Source: Nitrospirales bacterium (GTDB lineage Bacteria; Nitrospirota; Nitrospiria; Nitrospirales; UBA8639). Taken from it: a stretch of 64,000 nucleotides of DNA. Below are positions 18,855 to 28,522 of the stretch, in pieces (the stretch's first letter is position 1; each line of letters begins with the position of its first letter). The stretch covers positions 1,728,001-1,792,000 of the forward strand of contig CBDCWC010000003.1 of NCBI GenBank assembly GCA_965223295.1, read 5' to 3'. The notes beneath the pieces were generated by a model. That model searched no databases and was not told the origin of the DNA. It was given only the letters and a program-made list of their open reading frames with translations. Made by a program: the position numbers and the translations under genes.

Positions 18855-19637
18855 ATGCGATTTCATACATTATGCATTCTCTTGATTCTGTTCCTGAGTT
18901 CTGCCTGTTCGCAGATGTATTCTTCGCTTTCTGGGCCTTCAAATGAAATGGGATTTCAAAGGTTACAAACAGCGCAAAAGAATTTAGAACCTGGGACGGT
19001 CATCGCGTTTGAGGAATCTGGAGAAGGAAGGACAGCTGTCACTCCAATCTGCTGGAAGCATCAGGCATTTCCTCGACTGCTTTCACCTCAATCAGATCCT
19101 GAGGGCGCGGTAGACTGGAAAAGAGAAGTCGATGGTTGGGTAGACCTTGAACCGGAGTATTTAGACGTTCTTCAAGTAAAATTTCCTGAAGTCCAAGATA
19201 TTCAACTGCTTCCTCGTCATGCTTCGGTTTCTCAGTATTCGGATAAAGCGTTGTCTGAAGCCGTCGAAACCCGTTCACAGCCTTGCCGTGATGCCATTGC
19301 GGCACGTGAAGCGAATGGTGAAACCGTGTATACGGTCGTCAAAGTCTTAACCGCGGATATGACGTATAGGGTGGTCGGTGTGGAACGGGGCCGTATGACC
19401 GGGAAACTTCCCCATTTACTACTTGAGCGATTGAAATCTGAACTTGGAGGCACTTCGGTCAGTACGTTTAACCAAACTATTAGTGGGTCCAGACTTCCTA
19501 TAGCTTTCCAAGCAGATATTATTGATTCAAAGAGCGTCCCTTCCTCTACAACGAAGGATGAGCGTCAGTCGATGATGCAAAAAGTGGCGATTTTAGCTGA
19601 TAGTACCTCTGATGCAGACCGTCTTCAGAAAAAATGA
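18855..19637 (+). CDS. Hypothetical lipoprotein
   Basis: RBS AAGGAGG; lipobox LSSAC; 260 aa. Confidence 0.8.
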   Translation: MRFHTLCILLILFLSSACSQMYSSLSGPSNEMGFQRLQTAQKNLEPGTVIAFEESGEGRTAVTPICWKHQAFPRLLSPQSDPEGAVDWKREVDGWVDLEPEYLDVLQVKFPEVQDIQLLPRHASVSQYSDKALSEAVETRSQPCRDAIAAREANGETVYTVVKVLTADMTYRVVGVERGRMTGKLPHLLLERLKSELGGTSVSTFNQTISGSRLPIAFQADIIDSKSVPSSTTKDERQSMMQKVAILADSTSDADRLQKK

Positions 19638-20026
19638 AAGTGGCAAATTTACATCTTTAGTTTTTTCAGAACAATAAGAGTAAAGGTAATGTGGTGGATC
19701 AGCTGGGAATTATTTTTGCAAGTTTTCTGGCTATAGGATTTTCCCATGAAGTCAAAAAGGCATGCGTCTTAGTCAGAGAGGGAAAGTTAAGAAGTGTTGG
19801 CTGCATGAACATTTCAATTTTTAACGAAGGCATTGCAAATTCTTAGAATACTCGATCAATGTAATTTTCAGATTGCAAGAGCTAATAAGCAAGCCTAGAA
19901 GTGGGAACACAGAAAAATGCACTCCGTATTCTCTGTCTCCTGCCTTAAAGTTGAGCAGATTTTATCGCAGACAATGATTTAGAATTCGAAAATTCGTTAT
20001 AAGGTTTTTGGAGAAGGAGGTAGATC

Positions 20027-20914
20027 ATGAGAAAACATCAAAGAGGTTCTAATCATATGTATAGTATCTACGTTTCATCAAGAATATGGTTGCGAGTAGC
20101 TCTCATAACCTCTGTTGGTTTTCTAATTTTCCAGTTTGGGAGTAGTCTTCCAACTACCTTTGCGAATGGAGAGAGCGGAGCTGTGGATTGGGCATCTGGA
20201 TTGATTCAAGCGACAGGCATTGGCGTTCCCCCTGACAATGCGAAGAGCGCGACGCAAGCTCGAGCAATGGCTAAGCGTGCGGCTCAGGTTGTGGCTCTTG
20301 GGCGGCTGTTAGAAATTATCGAAGGGATTCAGGTTGACTCAACGACTGTAGTGAAGAATATGATTTTGGAGAGTGACGTGGTGAAGACGAATGTGCAGGG
20401 GTTGGTGAGTGGGGCAAGAGTGGTTAAGGAGACTGCTTTTCCTGATGGGGCTTATGAAGTGACGTTAGAGATTAACTTGGCGAGCGTACAACAATCTTTC
20501 AGGCCTGCCACCGCTCCGGCTCCACCGGCGATTGAATGGAAGGCAGCTCCTCCTTCCCCGATTCCTTCTGATGATGGGAGCTACACAGGACTTCTCATTA
20601 ATGCAGAGGGGCTCAACCTTAAAGAATGTCTCAATCCAAAAATTGTGATGGAAGATGGGCAGGTCGTCTACTCTCAGGAACACGTTGATGTGGAAATTCT
20701 AGGAGATCGCCACGTGGCTGGGTATGTGAAAGGGGTGGAAAATGCGAAAGGCCATGAGCGGGTCAAGGCTAAACCTATTATGGTGAAAGCCGTGGGCCTT
20801 GCCAAAGGCAGTCAGACTGATTTGGTTATCCAAGATGCTGATGCGCAGTTACTCCACATGGATCCTAAACATTTGGGTTTTTTAAAAAAGGCGAAGGTTG
20901 TGATTGCTTATTAA
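20027..20914 (+). CDS. LPP20-family secreted protein
   Basis: VDWASGLIQATGIG..ARAMAKRAAQVVA..LLEIIEGIQVDS and a C-terminal YTGLLINA domain. Confidence 0.75.
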   Translation: MRKHQRGSNHMYSIYVSSRIWLRVALITSVGFLIFQFGSSLPTTFANGESGAVDWASGLIQATGIGVPPDNAKSATQARAMAKRAAQVVALGRLLEIIEGIQVDSTTVVKNMILESDVVKTNVQGLVSGARVVKETAFPDGAYEVTLEINLASVQQSFRPATAPAPPAIEWKAAPPSPIPSDDGSYTGLLINAEGLNLKECLNPKIVMEDGQVVYSQEHVDVEILGDRHVAGYVKGVENAKGHERVKAKPIMVKAVGLAKGSQTDLVIQDADAQLLHMDPKHLGFLKKAKVVIAY

Positions 20915-20975
20915 CTTGGCCCTGTAAAGAAAAGCCATCATAATAAAAAAGTGGAAATTATATTGATTCCTATTC

Positions 20976-21878
20976 GTGTATCTCATGAGTCTCACTATGT
21001 TTAAACTTTCACCTGCTCTACTTTTTCTTTTTCTATTGTTGTGTATTCCTGTCTTGGTTTTTGGAACAGAGTTAGTACCTGTTGAAGGGCAGTATTGCTA
21101 TCAATATGGAGATGATGAGTCCGTGACTATGGCCAAGAAAAAGTCATTAGCCCTTGCACGGGAAGTGGCTGTGAGTAACTTTAAAGTGTGGGTAGAGGTC
21201 AATACCACCGTCAAAGACTTTGAGTTAGAAAAAGATTGGGTTGAGACGATTGCTGTTGGCATGTTACGGGGAGAAACTCGACAAGTTCACAAAAAAGTTC
21301 AAGAAATTTGTACGACTGTGAAGGCCAAGATTGACCCGCAAGAAGTCGATGCGCTTATCGCGCAGCGAAAAAAACAAAGTACGATTAAAGCACAAATCAT
21401 GAATCAGATGTCTAGCTCTGCCTTTGGCCTGAAAGTTTGGCTTGATAAACCTGATGGCCGATATCTTGAAGGGGATTATTTAGTGATTAGAGTCCAATCT
21501 GAACATGATGCGTACTTAAAGCTTGATTATTTTCAAGCTGATTGTCAGGTGATCCATTTAGTTCCTAACCTGTTCCGTCAGCAAGCATTTATCAAGAAAG
21601 GTGCCATCTATACATTTGGTGACAAAAACTCTCTTGAACGATTTAGAATTCAGGGTCCGTTTGGTGACGAAGTGATTAAAGCCATAGCCAGTAAAACGCC
21701 TTTCCCCGCCTCTCAAATTTCTCCTGAAACGGTGAGTCATTGTGAGCCTTATGTGGAGACGCTGGAGCGGGGCCGTACTCGAGGGATCGTATTAGAATCC
21801 AATTTGGCAAGTACCGAAGCGTCCATTTTTACGGCTAGTCTAAAGAAGTTTGAACATCAACAAGCTGTCACAAAGTGA
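20976..21878 (+). CDS. Secreted DUF4384-like domain protein
   Basis: Signal peptide; LKVWLDK..YLEGD.L..V..DAYL..LVPN..GPFGDEVIKAIASKTP. Confidence 0.75.
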   Translation: MYLMSLTMFKLSPALLFLFLLLCIPVLVFGTELVPVEGQYCYQYGDDESVTMAKKKSLALAREVAVSNFKVWVEVNTTVKDFELEKDWVETIAVGMLRGETRQVHKKVQEICTTVKAKIDPQEVDALIAQRKKQSTIKAQIMNQMSSSAFGLKVWLDKPDGRYLEGDYLVIRVQSEHDAYLKLDYFQADCQVIHLVPNLFRQQAFIKKGAIYTFGDKNSLERFRIQGPFGDEVIKAIASKTPFPASQISPETVSHCEPYVETLERGRTRGIVLESNLASTEASIFTASLKKFEHQQAVTK

Positions 21879-21934
21879 TTTCTGCAAGATAAGCCTATCA
21901 AGGGATAGGATTTTCCTCAGTGTAAAAAATCAAT

Positions 21935-22636
21935 TCATTTGAGGCATTGTTCGATCAAAGAATGTTGGCTGTCATTTTGGCCAAACGAGATGTCTTGTAC
22001 ATAGCCTTTCTGGTCAAACAGGATTGAGGAAGGTGTGCCTTGTAGAGAGAAGCGCTCAAACGTTTCGGCTTTCATGGTTTTTTGTTTGAGGTAGTTTCTG
22101 ACTTGAGAACATACCGTCTGTTTTTGTTCTTCGGCTAACTCATCAAAATTTGGCAGGCATTCTTGCGCATAACTCTTCACCCGTTCTGGAGTTACTGGTT
22201 CGGCATTTGGCACAACTCGATCCATCCCGACTGGGAAAGGCAAACGCCATTCGAGCTTGCCATCGGTGAGCATTCCACGTTCAGTCAGGACTTGGAGCGT
22301 TTCTCCAATTACCTCGCCTGTATGAATCAATCGCCTCAAATTTTCCAAAGTATTTTTGTCATAGTCCTCAAAGGCGGTTGCTAATCCGAAGACGACCAAG
22401 CCCTTCTCTCTGTAGTTCTCATGAAGTCGTATAGCTTGGGGTAGGGCATAGAGAAAGCATCCTGGGCAGTTCACTTGAAACACTTCTACCAAAACGACGG
22501 ATCCAACAAGCTCCTCAAAGTTGATTGCTCCACCTTGCACCCATTGGTCTACTGATATATCTGATAGAGAATAGTCGTTCACGTGTTCTAAAAGAAAAAG
22601 CCGTCCGCGCTCGTGCGCCAACGGCCTTTCGTTCAA
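21935..22636 (-). CDS. Thioredoxin-fold (TlpA/peroxiredoxin-like) protein; start uncertain
   Basis: VLVEVFQVNCPGC and GTPS motifs. Confidence 0.8.
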   Translation of the reverse strand: MNERPLAHERGRLFLLEHVNDYSLSDISVDQWVQGGAINFEELVGSVVLVEVFQVNCPGCFLYALPQAIRLHENYREKGLVVFGLATAFEDYDKNTLENLRRLIHTGEVIGETLQVLTERGMLTDGKLEWRLPFPVGMDRVVPNAEPVTPERVKSYAQECLPNFDELAEEQKQTVCSQVRNYLKQKTMKAETFERFSLQGTPSSILFDQKGYVQDISFGQNDSQHSLIEQCLK

Positions 22637-22653
22637 TCTTTCAGATCAACTAT

Positions 22654-22896
22654 TTAAGATTTTTTCACGTAGGCTTTGTAGATAGTTTTCTCGCCACCAG
22701 GCTCTTCTTCTAGTCCGACCCATTCGTGGCCAGTGGTTTCACACCAGGCTGGCATATCTTTTTTGATACCTTCGTCATCAGATGCCACTTCCAATACTTG
22801 TCCTGAGACCAGTTCTTTAATTTTTTTAGATGTTAAAATGATTGGCATTGGGCAGAAATATCCGAGTGTATTGAGTTTGACATCGGCTGGTATCAT
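22654..22896 (-). CDS. tusA: TusA-family sulfurtransferase
   Basis: LNTLGYFCPMPI (CPxP), GQVLEV, DMPAWC. Confidence 0.9.
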   Translation of the reverse strand: MIPADVKLNTLGYFCPMPIILTSKKIKELVSGQVLEVASDDEGIKKDMPAWCETTGHEWVGLEEEPGGEKTIYKAYVKKS

Positions 22897-22928
22897 AGGA
22901 GTCCTTCTTCGTCTTTCAGTTTCGTTAA

Positions 22929-23459
22929 CTAAATGAATAAATTCACAGAGCCCTTGCGTGCTTCAGCAAGATAAGTGCTCACGCCGGCGAGTTGGTCGAC
23001 GCCATCAATCAGGGTGTCTTTTGAAATGCCTAACATGCCTAATGTGGTGGTGCAGGCAATCAATTGCACGCCAAGGTCTTGAGAGGTTTCGAGAAGTTCA
23101 GCAATGCCAGGCATGCGATTGTTCTGCATGACCTTCTTCATCATGGAAGAGCCGAGCCCTCCAAAATGGAACCGCGAGAGAGGTAAATTGTCGGCTCCGC
23201 CTTTGTTGATCCACCCAAAGGCGCGGCGCATCCAGTCTTTGGCGGAACTCGTGGATTCAGGTTTGCGAATAATATTGAGGCCCCAAAAAGTGAAGAACAT
23301 GGTGACTTTCATCCCCATGGCAGCGGCGCCGGTGGCAATGATGAAGGCCGCCATGGCTTTATCCATGTCGCCACTCAAGACAACAATAGTGACGCTATCG
23401 GATTTAGATTCTTTGAGCTCAGCAAGGGCTGTGGCGGGCTCAAGGGTTGGAGTGTTCAT
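22929..23459 (-). CDS. DsrE2-like (DsrE/DsrF family) sulfur-carrier protein
   Basis: SGDMDKAMAAFIIATGAAAMG..MFFTFWGL and LIACTTT. Confidence 0.9.
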   Translation of the reverse strand: MNTPTLEPATALAELKESKSDSVTIVVLSGDMDKAMAAFIIATGAAAMGMKVTMFFTFWGLNIIRKPESTSSAKDWMRRAFGWINKGGADNLPLSRFHFGGLGSSMMKKVMQNNRMPGIAELLETSQDLGVQLIACTTTLGMLGISKDTLIDGVDQLAGVSTYLAEARKGSVNLFI

Positions 23460-23693
23460 TGGTATCCCCTTTGGTTATCGGCTATGACAGAATTCTAGGT
23501 GCATGACATAGACATGGTCTTCATTCTACTAGATTTGTGACAGGAAAATACCATGTTCTCGATTCTTCTTGGAGAGCCTCTCTTAATTTTAGCGAGAAAA
23601 TCTTTGAAAATTAGTTAGTTCGACTATAATATGTGATTTTTTGGGGTGTCAAGGAAGGCTCTAGGTTGCTTCGCGGGAGGGATGTGAGAGCTA

Positions 23694-24605
23694 GTGGAAC
23701 GTCGACTTGTAGAAAGTGTTCCGAATATTAGTGAGGGACGCGATCATGACCTCATTGCAAAACTCACTCAGAGCATTCAGTCTGTCCCAAGCGTGGCGTT
23801 ACTGGATGTGCATGTAGATACAGATCATCATCGTTCCGTGTTCACGATTGTGGGTGAGCCCGGGGCCATGTCCGTGGCTCTGTTTGGACTCATTCAACAA
23901 GCTCAACAGCTCATTGATATTCGGTGTCATCAAGGTGAACATCTCAGGATTGGCGTGGTGGATGTGGTCCCCTGGATTCCACTCCAGGGCGTAACCATGG
24001 ATGAGTGTGTGGCCCATTCCAACAGACTGGGTAAACGAGTCGGGCAAGAGCTTGAGATTCCGGTCTTTTTGTATGAAGAGGCGAGCGTTCTATCGTCCAG
24101 AGTTCGGTTGGAAGCTATTAGGCGGGGAGGGCTGCCTGCATTAGGAACCCGTATGAAAACCGAGGCAGGCTGGCGACCGGATTATGGTCCACCAATGATT
24201 CATATGACGGCCGGAGCCATCGTGATCGGGGCACGTTTTTTTCTTATTGCTTTTAATGTGGTGCTTCATAGCAGTGATGTGAACGTGGCAGATTTTATTG
24301 CCAAATCCATTCGTTCTTCCAGCGGAGGGTTGCCTTCGGTGAAGGCCATGGGGGTGCCACTGCATTCTCGAAATTTGGTGCAAGTGTCCATGAATCTGAC
24401 AGATTATCGAAAAACCTCTTTGCGTCAGGCGTTTCAGTTTGTTCAGAAAGAGGCTCATCGTCACAATATTGAAATTCTTGAAAGCGAAATTGTGGGGCTG
24501 GTTCCCCAAGCAGCCTGGGATCAAGAGATGTTCCGTGATCTTAAGTTGCGGACAAAAGAGGCCGATTTACTTCTAGAGCCTCGCCTCAACAATTGTTCGA
24601 TATGA
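23694..24605 (+). CDS. ftcD: Glutamate formimidoyltransferase
   Basis: VESVPNISEGRD, DHHRSV, H.GEH.RIG..DVVP, LIAFNV, QVSMNL. Confidence 0.9.
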   Translation: MERRLVESVPNISEGRDHDLIAKLTQSIQSVPSVALLDVHVDTDHHRSVFTIVGEPGAMSVALFGLIQQAQQLIDIRCHQGEHLRIGVVDVVPWIPLQGVTMDECVAHSNRLGKRVGQELEIPVFLYEEASVLSSRVRLEAIRRGGLPALGTRMKTEAGWRPDYGPPMIHMTAGAIVIGARFFLIAFNVVLHSSDVNVADFIAKSIRSSSGGLPSVKAMGVPLHSRNLVQVSMNLTDYRKTSLRQAFQFVQKEAHRHNIEILESEIVGLVPQAAWDQEMFRDLKLRTKEADLLLEPRLNNCSI

Positions 24606-24673
24606 GAAATTCATGGAATGTAAGTTATTCCGGGAGTCTTGTGAAAGTTCTAACGATTACTTAGGAGGTCAAT

Positions 24674-25111
24674 ATGAATGCCGTCGCTGAAGGACGTACC
24701 GCGTTGCGAGAAAGCAAATTTGGGCATTTAACGGTCGGGTCCATTATGGAAATGGAAGTGCAAAGTGCCGAGAAGGACACCAAAGCAGAAGTCTTGGCGT
24801 CTTATATGATGGAAGGGTTCGGTTCCGTGCCTATTGTGGATACGAATAACAAATTGTTGGGTATTGTATCAGAGTTTGACCTTTTGGCTGCGCTTCGCAA
24901 GGGGAAAAAGTTGGAAGATGTCACCGCAGGAGATATCCTGACTCCAAATCCCATCTCCGTCACCAAGGATACCGATGTGATGACGTTGGTTGATGTCCTG
25001 CAAAACAATCATCTCATTCGTGTACCTGTTTTAGATAATCTGGGTAAGTTGATTGGAATTGTGGCTCGTCGAGATCTACTTCGGGGCTATCTGCAAACTT
25101 CGGGGAGTTGA
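24674..25111 (+). CDS. CBS-domain pair protein
   Basis: Two CBS motifs (VPIVD..LLGIVSEFDL; VPVLD..LIGIVARRDLL); RBS AGGAGG. Confidence 0.9.
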   Translation: MNAVAEGRTALRESKFGHLTVGSIMEMEVQSAEKDTKAEVLASYMMEGFGSVPIVDTNNKLLGIVSEFDLLAALRKGKKLEDVTAGDILTPNPISVTKDTDVMTLVDVLQNNHLIRVPVLDNLGKLIGIVARRDLLRGYLQTSGS

Positions 25112-25219
25112 AGCTCCCCGAAGAGTTGTGCTACTGCATATCCTCACCGTGTTGGGGCTCTTCATTTCTTAAATTTCTTGAATCGGTACTTCTTCTTATT
25201 GAAGTCTTTGAGATAAGAG

Positions 25220-26047
25220 GTGCCCGAGATCTGTGAGTTGGTCACGATGAATGCTCGTATGACTCAGATTGTCAGCGCGCCGTGGTTTGAGCGCATCATT
25301 ATCGCCTTTATTCTGATCAACGGGGTCATTTTGGGCATGGAAACCTCCCCAGATCTGGTGGAGGCGTATGGCGGATTGATGCATTTAGGCAATCAGGTGA
25401 TTCTGGGTATTTTCATTCTGGAAGCTGCATTGAAGATGCTGGCATTGGCTCCCCAAGTTCACCGCTACTTTCTGGATGGTTGGAATGTGTTTGATTTTTC
25501 CGTCATCGTGTTCTCGTTAATTCCAGCCACCGGTGAATTTGCCATGATTGCGCGCTTGGCGCGGCTGTTGCGTGTAGTTCGCTTGGTTTCCACCATTCCG
25601 GAGCTCCGGCTGATCGTGGCTACGTTGGTGCGCTCCATTCCCAGCATGATGCATGTCATGACCTTAATGGGCGTGATCTTTTATATCTATGCCATCACCG
25701 GCTATCAGTTGTTTCATGAGCATGATCCTACTCATTGGCGCTCGTTAGGCATTTCGCTGCTGACATTGTTTCGCGTGGTGACCCTGGAAGACTGGACGGA
25801 TATCATGTACACCGCCATGGAATTTCACCCTTTATCTTGGGTGTATTTTGTCAGCTTTGTCATCTTAGGCACGTTTGTGGTCATCAATTTATTCATTGCC
25901 GTGGTGATTAATAATCTGGATGAAGCCAAAGCCGAACGGCTGGCCGAACTTCAAGGTCCCGTCACGCAAGAAGAGATCCTCAAAGATCTGCGCGACACTC
26001 AAAAAGCCATCACGCGTCTGGAGGACCGTTTAGGACGCATGGTGTAA
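25220..26047 (+). CDS. Bacterial voltage-gated cation channel (BacNav-like)
   Basis: Six TM segments; S4 ARLARLLRVVRL; filter TLEDWTD; S6 INLFIAVVIN; coiled-coil tail. Confidence 0.93.
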   Translation: MPEICELVTMNARMTQIVSAPWFERIIIAFILINGVILGMETSPDLVEAYGGLMHLGNQVILGIFILEAALKMLALAPQVHRYFLDGWNVFDFSVIVFSLIPATGEFAMIARLARLLRVVRLVSTIPELRLIVATLVRSIPSMMHVMTLMGVIFYIYAITGYQLFHEHDPTHWRSLGISLLTLFRVVTLEDWTDIMYTAMEFHPLSWVYFVSFVILGTFVVINLFIAVVINNLDEAKAERLAELQGPVTQEEILKDLRDTQKAITRLEDRLGRMV

Positions 26048-26156
26048 CCACGAAAAAGGTGGTCGCACACGTCGAGTAATCTGGATTCGGTTACTGTGCT
26101 GTCTCTAGGGGAGAGTTGGGTGGCCGAAACGATGGCCCCAAATTGTGCCTGGGAGA

Positions 26157-26339
26157 TCAGGGTTGAGAGGGCGGGTTTTTGACAGGTTTGGCAGTTGGAG
26201 TTGATTTCCAGCGATTTTGCCGTCGGGTGATTTCTTCCTCAGGAACACGGGTTTCCCATTCTTCTACTGGGCCGGATGGTCCTCTATCCCACCATGTTGA
26301 AAGGTTTTTAGGCTCGGGTTTAGCTGGTTGCTCTACCAT
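26157..26339 (-). CDS. Small hypothetical protein
   Basis: 60 aa ORF with AGGA upstream; Trp/Pro-rich; no family recognised. Confidence 0.4.
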   Translation of the reverse strand: MVEQPAKPEPKNLSTWWDRGPSGPVEEWETRVPEEEITRRQNRWKSTPTAKPVKNPPSQP

Positions 26340-26716
26340 TTGTATATCCTTTTCTGCAAAAGTGATTCATTCCCACATCACTCTGTGGGGAATTGTCTCC
26401 AAAATGACCGATTTTTTCATGAAAATACGAACAAACAGAAAAATAAGCAAAATATATGCCATTAAACCAGTATTGAATTTTTTTGGCTATCTGGAGGACA
26501 AAATGAGGAAACTCAAGGACAAAGTGTAGGGAGAGTGAGAGAACCTAGACTTGTTGGATATTGGGACTTATTGGAAGAAAGCCCAAGCAAAAAATTAGTC
26601 TTACTTATCATTTGTTTATCATATTCGAAAAAAGATGAATCATATGAAGACAGTTTTGGTCAGTTTGGCTTGTGAACCCCTTTCTCCTGAGGACTGCTTG
26701 GTGTTACTTCTCTGAT

Positions 26717-26941
26717 GGCTCTGTTGAAAAAAGCCGCCAGCAGCGTTCTCGCCATTGTTCCGTGCTCACGTCGTGCTAGGACGCTCCGCGCGCAAAAAAG
26801 GCTGCGGCCTTGCTGGACCTGGCTTCGCCGAAGCGGCTTCGCGCAGGCGAGCGGACTTTTTTGAACAGACCCGAGGTTGTTGATTGTCCTCGGCTTCATG
26901 GCGAAAGATGGCTTTTGATATCTTCATTATTCAACATTTCT
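26717..26941 (-). mobile_element. MITE, long variant with internal hairpin insert
   Basis: Ends GGCTCTGTTGAA and TTCAACATTTCT; flanked by CTGAT on both sides; similar in reverse to 57017-57241. Confidence 0.85.
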
Positions 26942-27363
26942 CTGATGATCAATCAGCATAAAGAGCTATTTCTTCAATCTAGCTACTGCCATTTTCCCTG
27001 AAATGTCATTCGTCTGTGCTCTACTGGTGAGTATGTCGGAAGGACTCTCAGGTTCTCTTACTACTTGCTTTAGTAGCCGACCTCTCATCAACTCATGTTC
27101 ATACAGTGAACTATTGGTATTTGCTTCAAAAACATGAGCCTTGTCTTAAAAACTGAGCTGCCTTGCTCTTTAGGTTCTGAAGGTCCCCAGGCCTCGGTCA
27201 TGAATTCAGAGTGTTGCGCTAGTATCTAAATGTTCAACATCGTATCCAAAAAATTTACAATCCAATTTGAAAATTTGAATTTTTCCGAAGTTGATTAGAT
27301 TTCCGAAAAGAAAAAATACTTACATTTCAACGATATTTTTTCGATATCTTTCTTCTGTTCCTT

Positions 27364-27379
27364 TGGCATGCCCTTTGCT
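27364..27379 (+). promoter_or_regulatory. Sigma54 promoter
   Basis: TGGCATGCCCTTTGCT (GG-N10-GC), about 55 bp upstream of ORF 27436, in an AT-rich region. Confidence 0.75.
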
Positions 27380-27435
27380 TTTTCGTAACAAATAAGGCGT
27401 ATTTACATTTTATTTTTTTAAAAGGAGGCAATGTC

Positions 27436-27648
27436 ATGAGTGACTATTTTCATCCGAATCAATTGCAAGGGCTTTTAGCTGAACATGGCGACTATGAAGA
27501 CTATGAAGAGAATGTGGATATGCGAAGCATCAGTCGTGCGTTACGGTTTTTAGAAGGGGTTGATTATGATGAGGAGCCATTGCGTTTTCGTCGTGGTCGC
27601 CGCGCACAACGGGCTTTCAAAGACGTTTCTTACTCAACGGCTCATTAA
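27436..27648 (+). CDS. Small hypothetical protein (acidic N-half, Arg-rich C-terminus)
   Basis: RBS AAAGGAGG and an upstream sigma54 promoter. Confidence 0.7.
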   Translation: MSDYFHPNQLQGLLAEHGDYEDYEENVDMRSISRALRFLEGVDYDEEPLRFRRGRRAQRAFKDVSYSTAH

Positions 27649-27937
27649 ATTTGTATTGTGAGAATTGATTGTAGCCAAGTGTCTCCAAGTTGTGTTGTGA
27701 CTTGCGGTGGCAACACCATGATTTCCATGGTTGAGGGTGAGGAAGGGTGAGTGGCCACGAAATTAAGCCAACAGAGAATAAAAATGAGAGTAGGGGAAAG
27801 CAATGGTCTAGGAGTGACGGTTTTCTAGAGAGAGTAAAGATTAAGTTTTGAAGAAATGGACTTTTATGCGAAAGTTTGGTCCAGGGATAGCGTGTCTTTT
27901 TGGTTCCTGTTCCCGAAGATTCTACGAGATGCGAATT

Positions 27938-28123
27938 GGGCCTGTTGAATCATTCAATGTCAAGTTACGAAAAGGTCTTAAAAGCCATGGTAACTTCAAT
28001 TCGACGGGAATGGTCAAAAAGGCCCTTGCCTGTGCGATGCCGCTTTCAGCCTTCGTAGCCGTCGTGGTGAAGTAGACCCGGCAAATGCAGGGAGCCCCGC
28101 TGGCGGCTTTTTTCAACATTCCC
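27938..28123 (+). mobile_element. MITE, divergent subfamily
   Basis: GGGCCTGTTGAA...TTCAACATTCCC; flanks GAATT/CAATT; shares the CCGCTGGCGGCTTTTTTCAACA end with the other copies. Confidence 0.75.
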
Positions 28124-28522
28124 CAATTAATGTGAGGCCATGCCTGTTCTCCCTTCCTTATGAGCCTCGATGCAATCGTTTTAGGCAGCCGGTTGGCACG
28201 ACATTTTTGGGTTAATATAAAGTAGTTTGTTGAATCTCAAATGGGTTTTATCCCGCCTTCAGTCTGTCAGACTCAATCCTACTCATGTAAGAACAACCTC
28301 CAATAACTTAAGTTGTCGGCTAGTAGAACCGAAGAACATACACGGGAGGTTTCCTGGGATGCCTTGTGTCCTGGAAAAATTCAGACCAGGGACGAATCTC
28401 TATTGTCAGAGTCACAGGTCTATGTCATATGAAAAATCTCTATACATCATAGAATTGCATTGATTGAACACATATCTAATATGGGCTGGTCATAAAGTCC
28501 AACTCCTTCAGCATGTGAACTG

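Noticed and set aside
26660-28119. ORFs overlapping MITE copies (26660-26899, 26810-27001, 27848-28075, 27922-28119; also 35046-35237, 55231-55452, 57021-57209)
   Set aside because: They are translations of the repeat element, with no independent coding evidence.
28193-28210. TTGGCACG as a sigma54 promoter for bcsA
   Set aside because: The -24 element is good, but there is no GC at -12 (it reads TT).
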